Source of the DNA: Asterias rubens
Lineage: Eukaryota
NCBI RefSeq assembly: GCF_902459465.1
Contig: NC_047063.1
Span: 7,812,001-7,876,000 of the forward strand
DNA: 64,000 bases
Reading direction: 5' to 3'
Part shown: positions 11,723 through 23,960 of the stretch, one piece after another
Numbering within the stretch: position 1 is the stretch's first letter
How the letters are laid out: the number at the start of each line of letters is the position of its first letter
The notes under the pieces: generated by a model
Told to the model about the DNA's origin: nothing
Database searches by the model: none
What the model saw: the letters and a program-made list of their open reading frames with translations, nothing else
Made by a program: the position numbers and the translations under genes

Positions 11723-14178
11723 TGTCAACGCATTAAACATGATATCGTCTACACTTACCGACTATGTGGATGGGACTCACTCCATCTTATATAAAAACAA
11801 ACATCCTATAATGTCATCACCTTCACTCTTACGGAGAACGGGTTTCCTGTCTGTCCCTCATCAGACATGATCACTCCCCTATACTTATAGACTTTATTCA
11901 AGTCCCGTTCTCGTGCGAAAGGTCCCTACATATTACCCGCCGTCAAAGTAGGCTTTTGTGGTCCCGAGAAATAGACTCTCGCGGGATCGGGACTTGAGCC
12001 AAGTCTACTATACTTCCCACATCTTCGTTCTCTTCACTAGCATCTCAGCTGTTCCTCACCACCCTCATCCACAATGTTGTTATGTTTAGCAATCCAATTA
12101 GGATAATACTTGGAGTGAATTAGTGGGACTTGTTAGCCAATTACACGGGCTAGTTTATGCACGGTTTGTGTGCGGGGATTAACAGATTGGTGTCCTTGGG
12201 GTGCCATGCGAATTCGGAGAGGAAGATCATGTAAGCCGAGCATTGACCTCGTGTCAGGTCATCTAATTATCTCATCTCGGGAGAATAATGCTGTCACCTT
12301 AAACTAGGGGCAATGCTGTCACTGAAGCCGAGTATATGACGTCACATTAGCTGTGACTATACGTGGTATTTTATCACTGCGGACATCACTGCGGTTGAAT
12401 TATTTGGGTACATTTTCTAACACAAAACACAATGTCCATAGATTTAAATTAAACTTACACAGTTTGAATATAGTGGTAGTAAAAGACTTCCATTGAAATA
12501 TATGACTTGTTTCACTCATTGATAAAAAACTACAGCACCTCAGCAAGGAACATTTTCAGGGAAGCTTTCTACCATCATTTTCATCAAACCGTGTAAGTTT
12601 ATAAGTCTGTGGACATTTTGTTTTGTGCCCATAAAAAAGTACCCAGAATATAGATATAATGCTTTCACCTCAAATTAGGAGCATGTTGTCACTAAGGCAG
12701 AGGATATGACGTCAGCTGTGTATAATGTGATATCTTCTAAAAGCTGCTGTACACCTGCACAAATTTCCCCCAAAATTGCATCCACATGAACATCTCCCAC
12801 ATGGCTGCTTTTGAAGCCCACTGTGGTCACAAAGGCCATGGCCTCTGTAGTCACGGGTATTGGCCGTTGTGACCTTAAATTGCTCCCATTGGATTTTCCC
12901 GTGGATGTGCATTTTACAAAATGAAAAGTCGAAACTTCACGCCCAACCTTACATTCATTGCAACTTGTGATTTTCAACACACTTTTATAATCGGCAAAGA
13001 ACTAGCATCACTTTGTTATATTCACACTTCACTCTGAGTTGATTTATCACCACGCTCTCCTCAGATATCCTCACTAACTTGTCGGAATTAATCTGCGATC
13101 TTATCTGCTGGCAATCTTCATTTATTAAAGTCCTGATCATGATGATGAATGAACAATCTCCTCCTCCACCTCCCCTCCCCTCCCCTCCTCCTCCAACCCA
13201 TTGCTCATTCTCACCTACTTGTACACGCCTGATTAGCCTCGCACTTCCAAACCGGATATTAATGGCCGAGTATAGCCCCAAGACATGTGTTATTTTTTAC
13301 TTTGGATTTTGGCCCCCCAAGAAGAAGAAAAACCTTAAAAAAGCCTTACATCCACGAGTCTATGGTTTGTAGACTTACCAACTAACTCACATAACTTAAC
13401 GTCTGAATTTAAACCGGCAATAATTTACCATCTCACGTTTTCTATGTTAAAAAGTTCAAAACCGCAATTTGTACCACCACACAATCTCAAACAGTGAACG
13501 TCAAATTGTGACTTATTCTACAAATTTCATGTGATCATGAGTTTAAATAGACTACAAAGAGGACCACTTAGCCAAATGCATTTGAAGATCCCCCCCCAAA
13601 AAAAAAAACCGGCCTAATCCTTCACACCAACGTAAGAACGCCTGCTTAGTAAGATACATTTATGTTCAACGCGAGCATACATCAATCTCTGGAAGATTTA
13701 GCTGGAATTACCGCCGGCAATTTATGAAAGTTTAGCTTTAAATTTCGCACCTCACATAGCATAAAATCACATTAATCTCCGTAATTGTTCGGACCATTTC
13801 AATCCTACTTTCGATTAGAAAACTCACAACTAAACGCACATCTTTCAGTTTGAGACATGTTAAGTTGTTCCTTACACGACAAAATAGAGACATTAAGTGT
13901 TATTCGAAACACGTTCACTACTCATTTTGAGTGCGTTTTAACATCACCGAAGTAAACTTGCATTTTTTTGTGACAAAACGTCGGAGTCACTCGAATGTAT
14001 CATTGTCAGGGAATTATACGCAACCTCAAAGTTTACTAATTACACTGACAAACTCATAATGAGGGTCAGCAACTAGTGTGTAACCACGTATGTAAAGTCT
14101 TTTCTGGCAATAGAATCTCTTATTTGAGCATGCCGAAAGGGTATTTCCATTTTGCAAAGGCAATTCCATTGGAAAACC

Positions 14179-14520
14179 TTAAAGGCAGTGGACACTATTG
14201 GTAATTACTCAAAATAATTATAAGCAAAAACCTTACTTGGTGTCGAGTAATTGGGAGAGGTTGATGGTATATATTAACACAACTTTCCACGAGTTTGATG
14301 TCGAGGCCTCTCAGATTTAGAATTTGAGGTCTCGAAATCAAGCATCTAAAAGCACACAATTTAGTGTGACAAGGGTCTTTTTTCTTTCACTATTATCTCG
14401 CAACTTCGATGACCGATTGAGCTCAAATTTTCGTAGGTTTGTTATTTTGTGCATATTTTGAGATACAGCAAGTCAGAAGACTGGTCTTTGACAATTACCA
14501 ATAGTGTGCACTGTCTTTAA
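14179..14520 (-). mobile_element. MITE family 1 copy with an internal deletion
   Basis: Near-perfect TIRs and TTAA ends. About 45 bp shorter than the consensus. Confidence 0.9.
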
Positions 14521-14833
14521 CCAATGTTACATATATCATGGAGTCCTCCATGCATATACTAGTTGTTTGATTATCAAGCAATAAACCACAGTGAAACCGA
14601 CCAGGTACTTTGGAATTGAACAAAGAAAAATATTGACAAAAGCAAGACCTTGAACCTGCCACCTCCGGATTAAACGTCAAGCGCTGTAGAAGAATTTCTT
14701 AGAGATGGCTATATCATAATGGGTCTGTAAAATTCACACGTCTTTCCTCAATGCATTGTGGATAGTACAACACAAATTTGTCGTCATCTATAAGAGATTT
14801 AAAAAAATATATATAAGACATTATTCATCTTAC

Positions 14834-14876
14834 CTTGCGCTCCACCAGACGACGTTAGCTGCTTCCGATGTCTCAT
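14834..14876 (-). CDS. Candidate first coding exon of a second gene (MRHRKQLTSSGGAQ)
   Basis: ATG followed by 14 codons and a strong donor CAAG|gtaaga. Preceded on the minus strand by about 350 bp of CpG-richer, repeat-free sequence resembling a 5' UTR. Product not recognisable. Confidence 0.5.
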
Positions 14877-15099
14877 GATTAAATGATAGCTACTAAACTG
14901 AGGTCTCTGTATCAAAGAAGCCCTACCTAACCAGCCAAAACACAAACTAGCCAAAAGCTTGTGGCCACAATACACCAAAGTGTTTCCAATGTATTGGTTT
15001 ACCGCCGGGACCTCAACCCGACCAGATATTCTCCTTTTCACTCGCCGTGCCTGGAGCGCTCTCTGTTCAACATGTGTGGCTCCACGTGGACCGTGTGCT

Positions 15100-15420
15100 T
15101 ATCTGAAACTCCCGGCCTCCAATCCCCGTTAAAAAAAAGGAACAACAAGACAAGCCGAGCTGCACACTGACACAGCGCCGTGGGTCGTTACATCACGTCA
15201 TGACCCGGAGAACACAATCTACAATTCAATAAGTTTCTCCCCAATCACTGTGTACATACAGGCTTGTACACATTGCTTGTACAGAGGCGGTTGGCAGAGC
15301 GGCTCCAATTAGCTGCCACAAATCGAAACTTGACAAAAAATTCCGTATACAGGCCGTGTGCGAGAGAGAGAGAGACATAGACGCTAATACGAATTGCTGA
15401 TGGCAACTAAAGGCAACTGA
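15100..15420 (-). promoter_or_regulatory. Putative promoter upstream of the 14834 exon
   Basis: CpG-enriched and TE-free. Contains a CRE/ATF-like TGACGTGA (15193-15200 on the minus strand) and a short (GA)n tract. Inferred from position only. Confidence 0.35.
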
Positions 15421-16319
15421 AGCGTCGACACAATGTACCAGTCTACTCCAATCTTCATCTTCTTTTTCCTTATCAATGACTTAAAGCAGACAAAAAAAAG
15501 AAGACTTTAGGCCACGAGGGACCGTTGCCTCGTACAAACACTGTTGAGACTTGACTTTGTAAATATTCTGATATCCCTGATGGTGCAAATCGCTAATTGC
15601 AGGCAGTTTATGTTTATGCAATTTTGTCGTTACGAGAGACAAACTTAAACATCTTCGTTTAAAACATGAGTCACTTTAACATTATCAATTTATGCCCTTA
15701 GAAATTCCCCCAGGTAAATTCATGTTTAGGAACTAATGTATATACAAATACAATGAACGTCCAGCAGTATCAGGGACAAAGACATCACTTTCCAGTAAAT
15801 TTGAACATCGTAGACGAATAGAGCAGAGTGAGATTAAATTAATAGTAAGGAATTTGCTTTCGATTTTCTTAGGAAACCATACTTCTCACAATCACATCTT
15901 AGTGGAAGAAATTACCAAAGTTCGTCAAATTAAATATCCAAACATCCAAAGTTGTGCCTTAATAGGCCCATCCATTTTTAAAGTATATCTGTTTAGTCTA
16001 GGCGATGGGGGAACATTTTGCTCAGATGGTGATCAAAGCATGAAATTGTGCACGTTAATACTCAGTTCAACACTCTAAACACAATCACATCTTTGAGGGA
16101 AAAAATACAACAAAAGTACGTCAAATTTAATATACAGCGAGAATGTACAACATACAATGCTGTACCTTTATAGACGCAGCCATTTTACAGTAATACACCA
16201 ATAAATCTGTTATTTCATTGCCTTCATGTCCACTGGTCAGTGCTTTGGTGCCCCAAGAAATGTTCCAGTGTAAAACGAGGCATACATGCCTGTATGAACG
16301 TATTATGACGAGCTGTATT

Positions 16320-16706
16320 TTAAAGGCAGTGGACACTATTGGTAATTACTCAAAATAATTATTAGCATAAAACCTTTCTTGGTGACAAGTTATGTGGAGA
16401 GGTTGGCGGTATAACACATTGTGAGAAACAGCTCCCTCTGAAGTGCCATAGTTTTGGAGAAAGAAGTAATTTTCCACGAATTTGATTTCGAGACCTCAAG
16501 TTTAGAACTTGAGTTCTCGAAATCAACCATCTAAACGCACACAACTTCGTGTGACAAGGGTGTTTTTTTCTTTCATTATTATTTCGCAAGTTTGATGACC
16601 GATTGACCTAAAATTTTCACAGGTTTGTTATTTTATATATATGTTGAGATACACCAACTGTAAAGGCTAGTCTTTGACAATTACCAATAGTGTCCACTGC
16701 CTTTAA
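16320..16706 (-). mobile_element. MITE family 1, young subfamily copy
   Basis: Perfect TIR AGGCAGTGGACACTATTGGTAATT. Shares diagnostic bases with the copies at 48893 and 63259. Confidence 0.93.
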
Positions 16707-17052
16707 TCAGAAAATGAAACTAGAACAACCGAGCTGACACGGAACTCCTTGAGAGCAGGCTAGCGTGGGATTGTGTTTTCACTGGACGTACTTGACTTGG
16801 ACATTTAGACGATGGATGTGGAATGATTCAAGAAGGGCAAAGAGGGGTGTGTAAGGTGGTTGTTAACGGAGGGGTGGGGATTGATTTAAATGCTTCTTTA
16901 AAGCGTTTGAGGTTGCTTGAGACGATTGACATCCTGGGAGTACATTGTTATGTGAAGAAAGCAAGAACATGAAGAGGGAAGATTAATATCTGCGTCAGAA
17001 TTACCTTGAATCTTAAAACTGTACCATTGGTGAGTAAAATTGTGTTTACTCA

Positions 17053-17367
17053 TTAAATACACTGTACAATAATGATAGATGTCAAAGACCAGTATTCTCA
17101 ACATATGCATAAAATAACAAACCAATGAAAATTGGAGCTCAATTGGTCGTCGAAGTTACGAGATAACGAAGTTGTGTGCTTTCAGATGCTTAATTTCGAG
17201 ACCTCGGCATCAAATTCGTAGAAAATTACTTCTTTCTCGAAAACTACGTTACTTCAGAGCCGTTTCTCACAGAATGTTTTATACTGTTAATAGCTCTCAA
17301 AATACATAGTAAGGTTTTATGCTCATAATTATTTGGGGTAATTACCAATAGTGTCCAGTGCCTTTAA
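17053..17367 (+). mobile_element. MITE family 1 copy with deletions
   Basis: Decayed left TIR, intact right TIR plus TTAA. Confidence 0.8.
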
Positions 17368-18779
17368 CCATAGAGCTAACAGTGCGGTCAAAAATCACGG
17401 CTTTGTTTAAGGGCCATGTAATACGACATAATTTACAGGCTACCATTTCCAGACAGTCTATAAGACAAATATTCATAAACATTTGAATGGTCACATATTT
17501 TTCTTGGGGCTCATAAAATATTGTTTGTAAAATTACTCATAATGCTACAAAAGTGGTCCTGTAGCATGCACTGCGGTCGGTAGTAAAATAAAGGCCCTAC
17601 TACAGTTTTTGAATTGTTGCTCGGTCTATTACACAGACCATTATTTTTGAGAGTGATATATGTATCCTCTACTAATCCACTGCAGAACAATGTAACACAC
17701 AAAGGCTTGGAAACCATGGAGACGATCTAAACACCGACCACGTGACCTCTATTAACACAAGAGGATATGAATCAACAACGAACAATTCTAAAAATGTTTT
17801 GAAAAACACCAGTTGTTTTTTACAAGGTATTAAATACAAACGTGGGTATGACAAAACAAACAATAGTATATTGTCATCAATTCCCTTCAAGGGGCATTTG
17901 CTCAAGGCCAAAACTAGCCACTCTTTCCTAGAAAATGTGTGTCCAAGCTCGGCAGGAATATAAAATACTGAGGTCTACCAAAGCATCACACTGGGGTATG
18001 TACACAATATCCACTCTTGGGTGGAGGGAAGTAATTATGGTGATCAATGATGATCAATGTGTTCGGGGTTGAAACCAATCTATTCGTATAATGGGTCAGC
18101 CACTTGCAGCACAAACAGAAAACAGTATTACGCTTGGCACTGTATACTAATAAGTACTGTGGTTATCGACTATTGAGGGGGTAATTTGGGTTTGGAATTA
18201 GATTATTATAATATTTTACAATTGGTGGCGCTGTTGCCCTTTATAGGTAGTACACATAGCGAGTTGAATAGAAATAGGGCAATTGAATGAAAGCAACTTT
18301 ATATCTGCTGACAAGTGGGTGAATTATATCTTATTCTTGTTCTTATGCAAAGTTGTTCTCTTGCAGTCAGCTGTATCAACCAATCCAGTATGGAGGATTA
18401 TTAAAGACGTTGCTGGAAATCATACTTGGCCCAGTTTCATAGTGCAGCAAATATTGTTCTACACAATTCTGCTATTAAGCAGAAATGAGCAAGATACCAT
18501 TCACAAGTTGTACAAGCAAGTTATCACAATATGTACATGTGCACCAATCGAGTACCAGTTGTCTTATCTTCAGCACTCTCGGTTCTCCAAGTTTTATTTA
18601 TGATAGCAACTTTGTGTCCGATCTGCACTCCACCAACACTCAAGCACCCTTGGCTTAAAGTCATCACTTTGATCCTGCCGATTTACCAACGTAAACGTAA
18701 AACTTAACCGTGAACGTATGAAGCAAGGGCGTATAAAGGGTATCAAAATCAACATGATAAAGCAAATAAAGGGACTTAC

Positions 18780-18980
18780 CAAGTGGTACAGTGTTAGAGT
18801 ACACGAACCGTAGAGTGTCGTATCGGCTAACTTCCCCATGCCATCGCACATAAATGTTCTCCTGTGTAGAGATGGTGTCTTCATAGTCCGTTTGGTTACT
18901 GTGTATCAGAATAAGTGGAGGTGATTTGGACGTTGGTCCGTCGCGGATCTCGATGCTTCCTTGTGGAGAAATATCGATAT
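18780..18980 (-). CDS. Exon of CUB-domain protein (C-terminal half of CUB-B)
   Basis: Acceptor tatatttcttccatag with a CTGAC branch-like motif about 30 nt upstream, donor CTTG|gtaagt. 201 nt, phase 1 to 1, DIDISPQGSIEIRDGPTSKSPPL...ISTQENIYVRWHG...LRFVY, containing the CUB IEIRDG motif. Confidence 0.88.
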
Positions 18981-19028
18981 CTATGGAAGAAATATATAAG
19001 AAATGCAACCAGTCAGGTAATAGACATT

Positions 19029-19173
19029 GGGTCAATTTCAAAGAGTAAGGACTAGTCCTTACTTTGGACTACTCCTAAGAGATATATAAAACGTATGGCT
19101 AGTCCTAAGTTAGGTCGATTAACTCCTCCTAGCTCGAGAAAGATTAATCTTAAATCTTTGTGAAATCCACTCC
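19029..19173. mobile_element. Palindromic MITE family 3 (related copy at ~26549-26670)
   Basis: Imperfect TIR GGGTC/GGATTTCA(C)AAAGA, with internal GGACTAGTCC dyads. Confidence 0.65.
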
Positions 19174-21049
19174 TTATCGCAAATACCAAGCGCTAACTGT
19201 TGAATAAGGTGCATGCTGATATGGCTAGCGATCAAGACCAGCCTGCACCTCATTCCACGCCAACAAGGCGCCACCTACAGTTTGCTATCGAGCAGGTCAC
19301 ACTTGGAGGCTAGTGTGTCCGCTGGAGATTCTGTTGGAAAAAAAAATGGGTTGCAGGGGGATGATTCAAAAGAGGGCGCTCTGTCCACAGTTCACGTTCA
19401 CCGTATGGAGGACAAAATCTCAAGGGGGCAGAATCTCCTGCAAAACGGGCCTTTGAAATAAGGATGGTTCCTTTCAGACTTATGTACCTTTGACCTTGCG
19501 AGCCTAGAAATGTATAAATTCACAAAACATATCCGTGCGAGTGTGCTATCAGTCTTGTAGCTATGCGTCTTTGCATAGACTAAATCACTCAGGCTGTCAG
19601 ACCAGTCCCTGTCTTCATTGTTGTAAAAGGTTTGCGCGAGGGAGCAGAATGGAAATCACAACAAATAGTAAGATAATCCGACACAGCTTTTTAAGTAGAA
19701 ATTTGGTGAGTGTAATCTCTCCATGGGTCGGTTTCAACGCTTGATGAAAACAAAATAATCCTCACACTTAATTTCTTAAATTACATCAATGCGGTGCGTT
19801 CAGCAATATATGTAAATGAAGTTTGTAATTAAGCGTAATCTTTCGGGCATTTTGCAGAGAAAAAAAAGAACACTGAGCTGTTCGGGAATGTGTAATGTGC
19901 AATTAAGACCTGGACTAACCAATTCTTAACCCGATAATCTGCCGAGGCTTAAGCCGTAATCGAGACAAATCCATTGCAATTATCGTCGCTTTCAATATTT
20001 GCAAAACATTAGAGTCGTTGACACTTGGGCATTGTTAGCTAGTAGAATGTGTTCTTATATGAAGTTACAAAGTGATGTTCAACACATGACAGAGAGGGGG
20101 GGTCGAGAATTGTGGCAAACAGTTAACACGGGTACAGTTTCATAGGCCAAACAGATTATAACAATTATTTTAGAGAGTGTGGGCTTAATGGAGTACCCTT
20201 GTGGGGTATATTCCAAAAAGGAGCAGTGGATCCCACAAGATATTTCTGTGCTCAACCTGGACCCACAAGGGACTCTTTAGAGAATGGAATAAATGGAACA
20301 TGGCAGAACCCAAACAAACCGGGTCCATACAACTGCGTGTGTTTGTGTTGGTTGCATCATTGGGCAACTTTGCATTGTGACCTGTGGAATTAAAAATGAG
20401 TGTAAATTTAGCCCGATTGACCCAAACATGAGTGCTATTGTTTATACTCGACAACGATCGGGACTTCACCCTTTCACCTAAAACGATACCAAATTGTACT
20501 TGATCACTAATACGGAATACCTAACATGAATATGATTTTACATTTTACTATGGCCAAGGAACGAATACTCAGGCCAACACAACTTGTTTATTTTATACTC
20601 AGAATTCATTTACATGATCAGAAATTGTACTCTAGCACTGTTTGGGGAAAATAACTCCGGACGTACACGCGTGTTAAAGCGCACGTTTTTATTCCTCATC
20701 ACATGCACGTTGCTGTGACAGAATTACTCAACGGAGCGAGTAGTACAAATTGCAAATTCCTCTCTTTTGTGAGTTGTACTTTTCAAAACGGGCATCGTCA
20801 ACCATGAGAATAATGCTGAACATTGAAAGTACAAATCCCTTGGGGGGAAGGACTCATCATATAGTCATGCAGAAGAAGTCAACTGACGGACTTAATAAAT
20901 TTCGATACATTTGCGAAAGGTTGTGCAAGAGTTGTCAATTTTTGTCCAAGGTGTTGCAGAGAGTATCCAACGGATCATGCCTATAGTTCACCATTGCATT
21001 GTTCCTTGTGTTTAAGTCCTCACTTTAGTCATGCGAATAATACATACAT

Positions 21050-21454
21050 TTAAAAGGCACTGAACACCTTTGGTAATTGTTAAAGACCAATATTCTCACT
21101 TGGTGTATCCCAACATATGCATAAAGAAATACTAATCTGTGAACATTTGGACTCAATAATGGTCAACGAAGTTCAAAGATAATAATGAAAGAAAAAAAAC
21201 ACCCTTTTTGCACAAATTTGAGTGTTTTCAGATTCATAATAAAAAACTTCAGGACTGAAATTTTCTTTTGAGTGAGAAATTACCTCTTTCTCAAAAAGTA
21301 TGTCACTTCAGAGCATAGAGTAAGGACAGAGCCCAGAGGAAGCCGTTTCTCACAATGTTTTAATACTATCACCAGCTCTCCATTTCTCGTTACCATCAAG
21401 TACGTTTTATGCTAGCTTAATTGAGTAGTTATCAACAGTGTCCAGTGCCTTTAA
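21050..21454 (+). mobile_element. MITE family 1, full copy (subtype B)
   Basis: TTAA ends and TIRs, with an ~18-bp internal insertion. Confidence 0.85.
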
Positions 21455-21911
21455 ACAAATAAACGCACTGTGTCAAGACTACTCATGATTTATATCTTGT
21501 CTACTGTTCAGCTTCATAACTAGCATCACCAGTTGACCCTAGTCTCCACTTTCTTCGCACTTCAGGAAGGTAATATCACTATCGATTTGTGAACCTGGGA
21601 AAATACTCGTGCACAACTTTTCAGAGAGGTTCAACCAATTTAATGAGAATTTATCATGATTATGTACTCTAGATAGTGGTACCTTGCACTTTCGTATTAA
21701 ACATCGAAAAGACGTGTGCACACAATGAATCATCGCCATATCCTGTGATAGCACTTCGCTTATTAGCAGAGCCCACTAGTTAAACTGATTGGTGTGGAAG
21801 GAAATGAATTTGGGAAAGGGGTTGAGGCTGGTTGGGAGGGGGGCATGGGGATGTGGAGGGGTGAGTTTGGATGTTGACAAAGTAGAGGGGAGTTGCTGAG
21901 AGTACAGCAGT

Positions 21912-22371
21912 TTAAATGCACTAGTGATGACACTGTCTATTGGTTATTACTCAATATAAGTGTAATCTTACAAGCTGACTTGGTACTGAGCAAAGGAGAG
22001 CCAATGACAGTATAAAACGTTGTGAGAGAAGGCTCAATCTAGTAGTTTTTGACAAAGGGGTAGTTTCTCACTCCAATTTTAAAAGACTTCATGACAGGCC
22101 TTAAGCCCTTTTAGGCATCTAAAAGCGCACACATTTTGTGCACCAAGGGTGTATTATTCTCCAGCAACTCCGATAACCAATTGGGCCCAAATTTTCACAG
22201 ATTTGTTATTTGATGCATTTGTTGGGATGCACCTAGTGAGATTACTGTTCTTGACAATTATCAAACTTATAATGTTTAATACTATCAACAGCTCTCCAGT
22301 GCTCGTTACCAAGTAAGTTTTTATGCTAAAAACTATTTTAAGTATTTACCAATAGTGTCCAGTGCCTTTAA
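21912..22371. mobile_element. Chimeric MITE family 1 (decayed minus copy fused to the 3' end of a plus copy)
   Basis: Minus-orientation body 21912 to ~22266, then a plus-orientation terminal 100 bp ending in GTGTCCAGTGCCTTTAA. Confidence 0.75.
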
Positions 22372-22417
22372 TAAGAAATACTGTATTCCTTATCATATTT
22401 GCCTCAACTAGACTTAC

Positions 22418-22552
22418 CGAAAAAATTGAGTAGGAGTTTGTTTCCAGGTCGTGCCCGTAGGTACCAGACGTAGTCTACCTCCTCAAGGTCGTGTCTTAAG
22501 ATGTTGACTGAGATATGTCCGTTTCCAGCGACTTCGTAGGCAGTATTCTGAA
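22418..22552 (-). CDS. Exon of CUB-domain protein (N-terminal half of CUB-B)
   Basis: Donor TTCG|gtaagt. Acceptor cttgctttgtgatag gives 135 nt, phase 1 to 1; an in-phase alternative acceptor exists at 22591. VQNTAYEVAGNGHISVNILRHDLEEVDYVWYLRARPGNKLLLNFF matches the CUB WxIxAxxGxxIxLxF pattern. Confidence 0.8.
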
Positions 22553-23345
22553 CTATCACAAAGCAAGATATAGACAGGGTTATTATTATGGCTGGAAAGA
22601 AGACCATTTCTGTTGCTCTATATGTGGCATGGTGTGGGTGTCCCCCCTCCCCTGAATTCTGAGACCCAACTATTTAGCCCCTTATGTAAGGACATCAAAC
22701 AAAATGTGGACTTATCACACGTCCACACAGTGTCTAATACAGCGATGCAGAAGTATTTTTTATTAGCTTGTGATCTCGATTGATGAAAAACTTTACATTT
22801 CGATTACTGATTCGTTTTGTAGTGTTATTGTCTAATGAGCAAACATTTAAATAATTAGAGTAAGGCCGAAGATAAACCCAGTGTGCAATTAATGTAAAAA
22901 ATACTGTTCGAATTTTCATTATCTTTTCTCTGAAAACGTCCTACGCGTTCTTGCAAAGGCAGACAATTCTAACATTTTAACTGAGAAATCCAAAGTGCGA
23001 GTTCATGACTAACATCCAAATTTCGCAATTTGGGTGCAAAATGACAAGCAATTAAAATCACCCATCATTACATCCACGAGATGACAGTTAACCCCCACCC
23101 CCATCTCCCTTTCAGCAAAGAGTGTGTGAGAACGAGACCTTCACTGTTTGGCAACCCTAACCACGTTCCGTCATTCCGGTAGCCACCAGCAATCAGACAT
23201 TGACACATAATATGGCACGTTTTGCCTCGTCCAATGACGCCTGTACCACGGACGAAAGAAACAAACTCTGCTAGTGTTCCCCGTTAGTGTCTGATTGCCC
23301 GGGGCCCCCTTCATCCCACCACTTTCTCACTAGGATATTCCAAAC

Positions 23346-23960
23346 TTAAAGGCACTGGACACTCTTTCATGAAGTTTGGAACAATCTCCCAACTGCCATT
23401 AGGGAATCTAATACTCTATCTGCTTTTCGTAAAGTCCTTTAGACTCACCTTTTTCCAAGTTAATTTCTTTCTAGTGCGCTGTGATCTTGATGGAATAGCG
23501 CCTTATAAATTTAAATTTTTTGCTTAGTAAAGAAATTTGTCAAGCAGTATTTTCTGCTAAACAACTTTATGAAATTGGGCCCTGGCGCTGGACGCTATTG
23601 GTGAGTACTCAAAATAGTTGTTAAATGTTAGCAAACGTGCGCTCTTGTTAGCGGAGCACCGAAGTGTCCTCGCTTGGTTATTAAAGAGCAATGGAGAGTG
23701 GTTGATACTATACATCATTGAGAGAAACAGCTCCCTCTGAAGTAATATAGTTTTTGAGAAAGCGGTTATTTCTCACTCAAATATTAAAAGACTTCAGGCC
23801 TGAAGCCTTTTTAATAGGCATTTGAAAGCACACAACTTTGTGCACCAAGGGTGTTTTTTCGTTCACTATTCTCTTGCAATTTCGATGACCAATTGAGTCA
23901 ACTTCGGAGGAACGTCGAAAATAGTATAAAACACTTTGCAAAAGGTCCAGCGTACCTTGA
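23346..23960 (-). mobile_element. MITE family 1 copy interrupted within its left TIR by a ~220-bp insertion
   Basis: TTAAAGGCACTGGACACT, then the insert, then GGCGCTGGACGCTATTGG and the normal body. Confidence 0.75.
23377..23515 (+). mobile_element. L2 LINE 3' end
   Basis: WNNLPTAIRESNTLSAFRKVL*THLF followed by the tail GCGCTGTGATCTTGATGGAATAGCGCCTTATAAAT. A similar tail occurs at ~53318-53360. Confidence 0.8.

Noticed and set aside
12675-12980. 101-aa ORF and an overlapping Cys-rich EGF-like frame (GHGLCDH...CGRCSCGCNFGG)
   Set aside because: No usable splice sites. GHGLC appears on both strands because of a palindrome.
20185-20400. Strong minus-strand acceptor with an open frame inside the CUB-B intron
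   Set aside because: The peptide is unrecognisable, and inclusion would split or frameshift the CUB domain.
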